DNA from: Clostridiales bacterium
Lineage (GTDB): Bacteria; Bacillota; Clostridia; Christensenellales; Aristaeellaceae
Assembly: GCA_004556545.1 (NCBI GenBank)
Contig: SFGO01000003.1
Coordinates: 5,121-69,120 of the forward strand
Length of the DNA: 64,000 nt
Direction: 5' to 3'
Shown: positions 44,573 through 51,577 of the stretch, piece by piece
Numbering within the stretch: position 1 is the first letter of the stretch
How the letters are laid out: every line of letters starts with the position of its first letter
Notes under the pieces: generated by a model
What the model saw: only the letters and a program-made list of their open reading frames with translations
The model's database searches: none
Told to the model about the DNA's origin: nothing
Program-made: the position numbers and the translations under genes

Positions 44573-44638
44573 GGCATGTGTGGTTCGCCCGCTTTCGGCC
44601 ACAATAGTGGTAGCAAACTGCCGCTGGGAGGGACCGCC

Positions 44639-45628
44639 ATGACCAGAACCCAAGCTTCCCTGAGCGTTATCGCCGTGACTCTGGCAACGGTGACGACGCT
44701 TTTTCTTTTGCCCTATACGCCCAAAATCCCGGTGAAGACCGCCGTTATCCAACGGGGAAACTGGACGAAGACCACGCTGGCGGAGGGCGTGGTGCAGTAC
44801 AGACAGCAGCAGCCCGCCGTGTGCCTGCAAGGGGGCGTGCTGCGCCAGATCTGCGCCGGGGAGGGCGAGACCGTCCGGAAGGGACAGCTGCTGTTCGCGC
44901 TGGATACCCGTCAGGAAGAAGCCGCGCTGGAACGTCTGGCCGCAGGACGGCATGCCATGGAGGAAGCCGTGTCGGCCTTCGGGCAGGAGGCCGCCTTATG
45001 GAAGCTTTCGGAACGGCTGGAGATGGAAAGTCAGGAGGCGGCGCTGAAGCAGTCCATCGCCCTGAAGCAGATCCGGGCGGAGCAGGACGGCGTGATGGGG
45101 CCGGTGTACCGGCAGGAGGGGGAGCTTCTGAAGGCCGGAGATGTGCTGGCAGTGGTGCACAGCACGGAAAAAAACGTGGCGGCCGTGTGCCGCAGTTCTG
45201 TTGTTTCCAGAATCGGAACGGGGGCGGAAGCCGCGATTCTGGATTCTGCCGGGCAGTTCGTGGGTCAGGCCAGCCTGACGGCCATCGGCGCACCGGAAAC
45301 GGATACATCCACCGGGCAGAGCGTTCAGCGGTTGGTATTCGAGCCTGAAACGGCACTGACGGCGGAACCGGGGCAGCGCTGCGTGGTGGAGCTGGTGCAG
45401 GAAAGCCGCCGGAACGTTCCGCTGGTTCCGCCGGAGGCGGTGGACGGCGACGGCTGCCTGTGGCTGGTAGAAAACGGCACGGTGAGCCGCTATCCGCTGG
45501 AGGAGCCGGACTGCGCCGGGCAGATGGTGCAGGTGCCGGAGGAGCTGCTGGGCAAAAGCGCGGCGCTGGACCCGGAGGAAAGCCGCCTGACGCCCGGGTG
45601 CCCGGTGAAGGAGGTGCCCGCCTCATGA
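44639..45628 (+). CDS. HlyD/MacA-family periplasmic adaptor (membrane-fusion) protein
   Basis: N-terminal TM anchor, lipoyl-like motif ...GEGETVRKGQLLFALD, a coiled-coil segment and beta-barrel repeats. GGGAGGGA RBS. 329 aa. Confidence 0.7.
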   Translation: MTRTQASLSVIAVTLATVTTLFLLPYTPKIPVKTAVIQRGNWTKTTLAEGVVQYRQQQPAVCLQGGVLRQICAGEGETVRKGQLLFALDTRQEEAALERLAAGRHAMEEAVSAFGQEAALWKLSERLEMESQEAALKQSIALKQIRAEQDGVMGPVYRQEGELLKAGDVLAVVHSTEKNVAAVCRSSVVSRIGTGAEAAILDSAGQFVGQASLTAIGAPETDTSTGQSVQRLVFEPETALTAEPGQRCVVELVQESRRNVPLVPPEAVDGDGCLWLVENGTVSRYPLEEPDCAGQMVQVPEELLGKSAALDPEESRLTPGCPVKEVPAS

Positions 45629-46767
45629 AATGGAGGGAGCAGTGGCGGTTCAGCTTCCGCAATCTTTTTGCCGCGCCGGTGCGCTCCCTGCTGACGGTGC
45701 TGGGCATGTCCATCGGGATCGGAGCCATTCTGGCGGTGCTGACGCTGGGAACGGCGGGACGCGATCAGGTTCGGGCGGAGATGACCCGTTTGGGCATCGA
45801 CCGGGTATGGCTGACTGCCGCCCGGTCGGAAGAACCGCTGATGCGCGGCGACGGCGCGCTGCTGGAACGGGAGCTGGGGGTCAGCGCCGCAGAGCAGCGG
45901 GTTCTTCCCGTCAAAATCGCCGCGGGGGAAAGGGAAAGCGAGACGGCGCTGGTGGGCTGCAGCCCCGTCTGCCTGCGAATGACCGGCGCGGCTATTATGG
46001 AAGGAACCGCCCTTTCCGCGCAGGAATGGCGGCAGGGCGGAAGCAGCATCCTTCTGGGAGAGGCGCTGGCCGCCGAGCTGAACTGCGGCCCGGGCGCGTT
46101 GGTTTCAGCCGGGGGAATGCCGCTTCGGTGCGCAGGCGTGATCCGGCTGGAAGAACGGGCTTCCGAGCTGGACTGGAACCGCGCCGCCTTTGTCCCGCTG
46201 GAAACCCTTGCGGACAGCGCCGGGGCCAAGCTCAGCCAGATCACGCTGCTGGCCGGAGAATCCCTCCAGCCCACCGAGCTGGCCCGGGAAGCCCGGCAGC
46301 TTCTGGCGCGCCGCCGGGGGATTGAAACCGAAGCGCTGACCCTGCAGGCCCAGAGCGAGGCGGCCGAAAGCGTGATCGCCGTTTTTGTGGAGGTACTCCA
46401 ATGGGTGGCGTTTATCTGTACGCTGGTGGGCGGTATCGGCGTGATGAATATCCTGCTGGTCAGCGTCCGGGAGCGCCGCCGGGAGATCGGCGTGATGATG
46501 GCGCTGGGCGCGGAGCCGGGGCTGGTCTGCCGTCTGTTTTTAAGGGAAGCACTGATCTACGCGGCTGTCAGCGGCGTTCTGGGGCTTCTGACCGGCATCT
46601 GGCTCATTCAGGCGGCGGCGGGCGCCATCGGGCTGCACCCGGTGCTGATGGCGGGAGACTGCGCGGCTGTTTTCGCCTGTGCGCTGGCGGTGGGACTCCT
46701 TTCCGGCGTAGTTCCCGCCTCCCGGGCCGCCCGGCTGAAGCCGGTGGAAGCCCTTCGAAATGAATAA
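45625..46767 (+). CDS. ABC transporter permease, FtsX/MacB type
   Basis: ATGA overlap with the adaptor gene. N-terminus FRNLFAAPVRSLLTVLGMSIGIGA, a large extracytoplasmic loop, and the C-terminal FtsX domain ...VGGIGVMNILLVSVRERRREIGVMMALGA...ASRAARLKPVEALRNE. Confidence 0.85.
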   Translation: MKWREQWRFSFRNLFAAPVRSLLTVLGMSIGIGAILAVLTLGTAGRDQVRAEMTRLGIDRVWLTAARSEEPLMRGDGALLERELGVSAAEQRVLPVKIAAGERESETALVGCSPVCLRMTGAAIMEGTALSAQEWRQGGSSILLGEALAAELNCGPGALVSAGGMPLRCAGVIRLEERASELDWNRAAFVPLETLADSAGAKLSQITLLAGESLQPTELAREARQLLARRRGIETEALTLQAQSEAAESVIAVFVEVLQWVAFICTLVGGIGVMNILLVSVRERRREIGVMMALGAEPGLVCRLFLREALIYAAVSGVLGLLTGIWLIQAAAGAIGLHPVLMAGDCAAVFACALAVGLLSGVVPASRAARLKPVEALRNE

Positions 46768-46842
46768 GTAAATATGGCGGTATTTTCGCCAGCCTGTACA
46801 TCATACACAAACCGCAGGGTGAATCTTAGTAAAAATAGTCAA

Positions 46843-46871
46843 TTACATTTCAGCCGGATTTTCGCTATAAT
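46843..46871 (+). promoter_or_regulatory. promoter of the orphan MsmX-type ATPase gene
   Basis: TTACAT, 17-nt spacer, TATAAT (46866-46871). Confidence 0.55.
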
Positions 46872-46943
46872 ACAGGTACGTCATTGATGATACGCCATGT
46901 CCTCGTAGGGCGTACCGATGAACCATGTAAGGAGGAAACAAGA

Positions 46944-48065
46944 ATGGCAAGTTTGTCTTTGAACCACATTTACAAAGTATATTCCGGCAATGTGACGGCT
47001 GTCAGCGATTTCTGCCTGGAAATCGAAGATAAGGAATTTATCGTTCTGGTCGGACCTTCCGGCTGCGGTAAGTCCACCACCCTGCGTATGGTGGCCGGTC
47101 TGGAAGAAATCTCCAGCGGCGAACTCTACATCGGCGATAAGCTGGTCAACGACGTCGCTCCCAAGGATCGCGACATCGCCATGGTGTTCCAGAACTACGC
47201 TCTGTATCCCCACATGACCGTGTTTGACAACATGGCGTTTGGCCTGAAGCTGCGCAAGACCCCCAAGGCTGAGATCAAGCAGCGCGTGGAAGAAGCCGCC
47301 CGTATCCTGGACATCGCTCACCTGCTGAACCGTAAGCCCAAGGCTCTGTCCGGCGGCCAGCGTCAGCGCGTTGCTCTGGGCCGTGCTATCGTCCGTGAGC
47401 CTAAGGTCTTCCTGTTCGACGAACCTCTGTCCAACCTGGACGCCAAGCTGCGCGTTGCCATGCGTACGGAAATCACCAAGCTGCATCAGCGCCTGCAGAC
47501 CACCTTCATCTATGTTACTCACGACCAGACCGAAGCTATGACCATGGCTTCCCGTATCGTGGTTATGAAGGACGGCTTCATCCAGCAGGTGGACAGCCCC
47601 CAGAACCTGTATGACTATCCCGCCAACCTGTTCGTGGCCGGCTTCATCGGCAGCCCCCAGATGAACTTCTTTAATGCGACCCTGGAGAAGGAAGGCAACG
47701 ACGTTGTGGCCAAGTTCGGCGACAACAAGATCACCATCCCCACCAGCAAGCTGAGCAAGTTCACCGACGAGAACTACATCGGCAAGGAAGTCATCATGGG
47801 CATCCGTCCTGAGAACATCCATGACGAAGACGTGTTCGTGCAGACCGCCAGCAACGCCGTCATCAACGCCAAGGTTGAAGTGACCGAGCTGATGGGCTCC
47901 GAGACCTATCTGTACCTGTCCACCAGCGGCAAGGACGAGAACATCATCGCCCGCGTCAACCCCCGCACCACCAGCCGCGCCGGTCAGGACGTGCAGGTTG
48001 CCTTCGACGTGAACCACCTGCATTTCTTCGACAAGGAGACCGAAGTGACCCTGCTGAGCCGCTAA
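46944..48065 (+). CDS. msmX: MsmX/MalK-type multitask sugar ABC transporter ATP-binding protein
   Basis: Walker A GPSGCGKST, Q-loop, LSGGQRQRVALGRA, LFDEPLSNLD, and a C-terminal MalK-like regulatory/TOBE domain. TAAGGAGGA RBS. It is monocistronic, with its own promoter and terminator. Confidence 0.9.
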   Translation: MASLSLNHIYKVYSGNVTAVSDFCLEIEDKEFIVLVGPSGCGKSTTLRMVAGLEEISSGELYIGDKLVNDVAPKDRDIAMVFQNYALYPHMTVFDNMAFGLKLRKTPKAEIKQRVEEAARILDIAHLLNRKPKALSGGQRQRVALGRAIVREPKVFLFDEPLSNLDAKLRVAMRTEITKLHQRLQTTFIYVTHDQTEAMTMASRIVVMKDGFIQQVDSPQNLYDYPANLFVAGFIGSPQMNFFNATLEKEGNDVVAKFGDNKITIPTSKLSKFTDENYIGKEVIMGIRPENIHDEDVFVQTASNAVINAKVEVTELMGSETYLYLSTSGKDENIIARVNPRTTSRAGQDVQVAFDVNHLHFFDKETEVTLLSR

Positions 48066-48089
48066 GGTTTGCTGAAAATCGAATCGCCG

Positions 48090-48117
48090 CCGCCGGGAGA
48101 AATCCCGGCGGTTTTTT
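48090..48117 (+). terminator. intrinsic terminator of msmX
   Basis: CCGCCGGGA-gaaa-TCCCGGCGG followed by TTTTTT. Confidence 0.85.
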
Positions 48118-48223
48118 AGCGCTCTGAAAAAGCGCCGGGCAGCGTTTCCAAGCCGTTGACAAGTCCCCGAAATCCTGCTATTCTTCCCCGGGAACGACAT
48201 CGTAGAAAGGCGGAAGAATCCCC

Positions 48224-49216
48224 ATGGCAGCAAGACCCACCCTGAAAACCGTGGCGCAGGCGGTCGGCGTAACGGCCAATACAGTTTCGCTGGCGCTGCG
48301 CGGCTCCCCACTGGTGGCGGAAAAAACCAAAACCGCCATTCTGGCCGAGGCACGCCGTCAGGGCTATCAGCATGACGCGGCGGCGCAGGCGCTTCGCTGC
48401 GGCCGGAGCCGGGTGATTGCGCTAGCCTTCGGCGATATTGCCAATCCGCTTTTTGCCATCAAAATCAAGCTGCTGGCTCAGCAGTTCGCCCAAGCCGGAT
48501 ATGAAACTTTGATCCTGAACACCGACGAAGCCGAAGAAACGGAGGTCAAGGCCATCCGCACTGCCCTGAGCCGCAAAGTGGAGGGCGTGGTGCTCTGCCC
48601 CTGCCAGAAAGGCCGGGAGGCGCTGGAGCTGCTCCACGGTCAGGGCGTACCCTGTGTACTGATTGGCCGTCAGTTTGACAGCCCGCAGGAGGACGCGGTG
48701 GTCTGGGACGACCGGCGGGGCGGCTATCTGGCCACCCGGCAGCTGCTGGAACTGGGCTGCCGTCAACCTCTGTATCTGACCGCCGCCCCCAGCATTTCCA
48801 GCGCCCGCCTGCGCTTGGAGGGCTTCCGGCAGGCGCTTGAGGAAGCGGGAATGCCGGAAAACGGGCTGGTGCGGGAGGTATCCCCGTTGGGGGACGATCT
48901 GGGCCGACTGCTGGATACGCTTCCCAAAGAGACGGACGGCGTGTTTGCCTTCAACGATCTGCTGGCGTGGCGGCTGATGTGCATGCTGAAACGCCCTCTG
49001 CCGGTGGTGGGTTTCGACGATATCCAGTCCGCGCTGGCCGCGCCCATCCCGCTTTCTTCCATTCACAGCGATCTGGAAGAGGAAACCCGGCTGACCGCCC
49101 GCCTTTTGCTGGAGCGAATCGAGCAGCCGGAACGCCCGTTGCAGACGCTGGTGATGCCCGTTTCTTTGACGGTGCGGGATGCATGGGAAAATGAAAAAAC
49201 GACAGGCAGCCGTTGA
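48224..49216 (+). CDS. LacI-family transcriptional regulator
   Basis: N-terminal HTH TLKTVAQAVGVTANTVSLALRGSP.VAEKTKTAILAEARRQGY, followed by a periplasmic-binding-protein-like core. 330 aa. Confidence 0.85.
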   Translation: MAARPTLKTVAQAVGVTANTVSLALRGSPLVAEKTKTAILAEARRQGYQHDAAAQALRCGRSRVIALAFGDIANPLFAIKIKLLAQQFAQAGYETLILNTDEAEETEVKAIRTALSRKVEGVVLCPCQKGREALELLHGQGVPCVLIGRQFDSPQEDAVVWDDRRGGYLATRQLLELGCRQPLYLTAAPSISSARLRLEGFRQALEEAGMPENGLVREVSPLGDDLGRLLDTLPKETDGVFAFNDLLAWRLMCMLKRPLPVVGFDDIQSALAAPIPLSSIHSDLEEETRLTARLLLERIEQPERPLQTLVMPVSLTVRDAWENEKTTGSR

Positions 49217-49241
49217 CAGCTCTTTCAAAAAATGATAAGAT
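49213..49241 (+). promoter_or_regulatory. extended -10 promoter driving the small-peptide transcript
   Basis: TTGACA (49213-49218), 17-nt spacer ending in TGA, TAAGAT (49236-49241). It overlaps the lacI-family stop codon. Confidence 0.55.
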
Positions 49242-49307
49242 ATGCTTGCAGTTAAACAAAACTAACCGCAAGTGTTTTTCTTTGGACAGGCGAATGGAGG
49301 CAGAGCA

Positions 49308-49400
49308 ATGGCAAAGCGCATGCTGAAAAGAAAACTGACGGGACTGGGCTGCACCGCGGCGCTGATCGCTGTAGGCTGGCTGATTTCCAACTGCCTGTAA
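49308..49400 (+). CDS. 30-aa small hydrophobic (single-TM) peptide; too short for the ORF track
   Basis: ATG 49308 lies 7 nt after GGAGG. It encodes MAKRMLKRKLTGLGCTAALIAVGWLISNCL: a basic N-terminus followed by about 18 hydrophobic residues. It is bracketed by a promoter and a strong terminator. Confidence 0.4.
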   Translation: MAKRMLKRKLTGLGCTAALIAVGWLISNCL

Positions 49401-49411
49401 GGCAGAAAGAA

Positions 49412-49456
49412 GGCCGCTTTTTCCGAACGGATTCATCGGAAAAAGCGGCCGTTTTG
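49412..49456 (+). terminator. strong intrinsic terminator after the small ORF
   Basis: Perfect 15-bp stem GGCCGCTTTTTCCGA / TCGGAAAAAGCGGCC, 9-nt loop, then GTTTTG. Confidence 0.8.
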
Positions 49457-49512
49457 ATCTTTGAAGGGCAGCCGAAAAACGGAAAAAAAACACTTTCTCC
49501 GGCCTTTTTCTA

Positions 49513-49541
49513 TTGACGGAGAAAAAGGAATCTGCTATGAT
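49513..49541 (+). promoter_or_regulatory. extended -10 promoter of glnA
   Basis: TTGACG (49513-49518), 17-nt spacer ending in TGC, TATGAT (49536-49541). Confidence 0.55.
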
Positions 49542-49550
49542 ACACGCATT

Positions 49551-49598
49551 GCAGAGCAAGGGTGCTGTGTGCAGCATGCCCTTGCTCTGCTTATTTTT
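49551..49598 (+). terminator. leader terminator (attenuator) between the glnA promoter and the RBS
   Basis: 12-bp perfect stem GCAGAGCAAGGG / CCCTTGCTCTGC enclosing an inner TGCTG-tgtg-CAGCA helix. It is followed by TTATTTTT, and then by the AAGGAGGG RBS. Confidence 0.65.
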
Positions 49599-49613
49599 AA
49601 GGAGGGTTTCATC

Positions 49614-50945
49614 ATGAGCAGGTACAGCAAGGATGACATCATTCGTATGGTGCATGAGGACGATGTGGAGTTTATCCGCATGCAGTTTACCGATATTTTT
49701 GGTCAGCTGAAAAACGTGGCCATCACGGCTTCCCAGATCGAGAAGGCGGTCAATAATGAGATCATGATTGACGGCAGCTCCATCGAGGGCTTCGTGCGCA
49801 TCCAGGAATCCGACCAGTACCTGCATCCGGATCTGGATACCTTCACCGTACTGCCCTGGCGGCCCCAGCAGGGCAAGGTGGCCCGCCTGATCTGCGATGT
49901 GTACAATCCCGACGGAACGCCGTTTGTGGGCGATCCCCGGGGCGCGCTGAAGCGGGTGCTGAAGAAGGCCGCCGATATGGGCTACAGCTTCAACGTCGGC
50001 CCGGAATGCGAGTTCTTCCTGTTCCAGACGGACGAAGAAGGCAAGCCCACCACCGCTACCAACGATGAAGCCGGTTACTTTGATCTGGGCCCGCTGGATC
50101 ACGGCGAGAGCACCCGCAGGGAGATCTGCATGACGCTGGAAAAGATGGGCTTCGAGATCGAGGCTTCCCATCACGAGGTAGCCGCCGGTCAGCACGAGAT
50201 CGACTTCAAGTATGCCGAGGCCCTGACCGCCGCCGACAACATCATGACCTTCAAGCTGGCCGTCAAGACGCTGGCCCAGAAGAACGGCCTGCACGCTACC
50301 TTTATGCCCAAGCCCATCTTCGGCATCAACGGCAGCGGCATGCACACCAACATGTCCCTGTTCAAGGACGGCAAGAACGTGTTCTTCGATGAAAACGGCG
50401 AGAAGAAGCTGTCCGCCGATGCGTATCACTTCATCGCGGGCCTTCTGACCCACGTCAGCAGCATGAACGCCATCCTGAACCCGCTGGTGAACTCCTATAA
50501 GCGGCTGGTGCCCGGCTATGAAGCGCCCTGCTACACCGCGTGGTCCGCTTCCAACCGTTCCGCGCTGATCCGCATTCCTGCCGCCCGCGGCCAGTCCACC
50601 CGCGTGGAGCTGCGCTGCCCCGATCCCTCCTGCAACCCCTATCTGGCGCTGGCCGTGTGTCTGGCCGCCGGTCTGGACGGCATCGAGCGCAAGCTGACCC
50701 CGCCCGCCGAGATCACCGAGAACATTTTCGCCATGACGCCCGCCGAACGGGAAGCCAAGGGCATCCACAGCCTGCCAGGAACGCTGCATGACGCGGTGGA
50801 GGCATTCCGGAAGGACAAGCTGATCTGCGATACGCTGGGCGAGCACATCGTCAGCCAGTACGTGGCCGGCAAGGAGAAGGAATGGGACGAGTACCGCACC
50901 CATGTCAGCAACTGGGAGCTGGAAAAGTACCTGATTACCTACTAA
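49614..50945 (+). CDS. glnA: glutamine synthetase type I
   Basis: [35 protein letters not shown]..., [29 protein letters not shown], and ...[14 protein letters not shown]-like [15 protein letters not shown]. 443 aa. Confidence 0.95.
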   Translation: MSRYSKDDIIRMVHEDDVEFIRMQFTDIFGQLKNVAITASQIEKAVNNEIMIDGSSIEGFVRIQESDQYLHPDLDTFTVLPWRPQQGKVARLICDVYNPDGTPFVGDPRGALKRVLKKAADMGYSFNVGPECEFFLFQTDEEGKPTTATNDEAGYFDLGPLDHGESTRREICMTLEKMGFEIEASHHEVAAGQHEIDFKYAEALTAADNIMTFKLAVKTLAQKNGLHATFMPKPIFGINGSGMHTNMSLFKDGKNVFFDENGEKKLSADAYHFIAGLLTHVSSMNAILNPLVNSYKRLVPGYEAPCYTAWSASNRSALIRIPAARGQSTRVELRCPDPSCNPYLALAVCLAAGLDGIERKLTPPAEITENIFAMTPAEREAKGIHSLPGTLHDAVEAFRKDKLICDTLGEHIVSQYVAGKEKEWDEYRTHVSNWELEKYLITY

Positions 50946-51039
50946 GCACAAATGGCTTGCGGCGGCGCGTCCGAGGACGAACGCGCCGCCGGGAAAATGA
51001 TTTTGAATATTCTCTGAAAGAAAAAGGAGAGGATGCCCT

Positions 51040-51573
51040 ATGAGTCGTCTGATCGTTGCCTTTGAATCGGAAGCCACCAGGCAGCGGGTCTGCGAGCTGT
51101 TTGCGGCGTCCTCTTTTCCTGTGCGCGCATCCTGCCGCACCGGCGCGGAGGTGATTCGTGCCGCGCATTTCATGGGCGGCGCCGTGGTGGTTTGCGGCGT
51201 GAAACTGGCGGACTGCACCGCCGATCAGCTTTACAGCGATCTGGAAGGGCTGGCCTGCATGCTGGTCGTGGCCAAGCCGGAGCAGCTGGAGATGTGCGAA
51301 AACCCGCACATTTTCCGCCTGCCGCTGCCGGTCAACCGGCACGACCTGACCGCTTCCGTCCGGATGCTGGAGCAGCTTGCCGAAATGGAGCAGGCCCGGC
51401 CCAAGCAGAACGCCGCCGATCAGGAGCTGATCCGTCAGGCGAAAATCTATTTGCAGGAGGTTCGGCTGATGACGGAGGAAGAAGCTCACCGCTACCTGCA
51501 GAAACGGAGCATGACCACCCGCCGGAAAATGGCCGAGGTGGCTGCGGAGATCATTGACCGACAAAGGGGCTGA
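51040..51573 (+). CDS. ANTAR-domain RNA-binding antiterminator with a pseudo-receiver domain (NitR/GlnR-like of clostridia)
   Basis: The C-terminal LIRQAKIYLQEVRLMTEEEAHRYLQKRSMTTRRKMAEVAAEII is an ANTAR domain. The N-terminal receiver-like fold lacks the acidic pocket (LIVAFESE instead of DD) and the phospho-Asp (VVVCGVKL). Confidence 0.8.
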   Translation: MSRLIVAFESEATRQRVCELFAASSFPVRASCRTGAEVIRAAHFMGGAVVVCGVKLADCTADQLYSDLEGLACMLVVAKPEQLEMCENPHIFRLPLPVNRHDLTASVRMLEQLAEMEQARPKQNAADQELIRQAKIYLQEVRLMTEEEAHRYLQKRSMTTRRKMAEVAAEIIDRQRG

Positions 51574-51577
51574 GACT

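Noticed and set aside
49380-49600. Search for the canonical ANTAR target (two tandem hairpins with A..G.. hexaloops) in the glnA leader
   Set aside because: The loops I could fold are TGTAA, ACGGATTCA and TGTG, and none fits the hexaloop rule. I report the terminator and the ANTAR gene but not a canonical ANTAR RNA site.
48951-51218. 755-aa minus-strand ORF antisense to the lacI-family 3' end, glnA and the ANTAR gene
   Set aside because: Shadow ORF with no motifs. The plus strand carries clear GlnA and ANTAR sequences.
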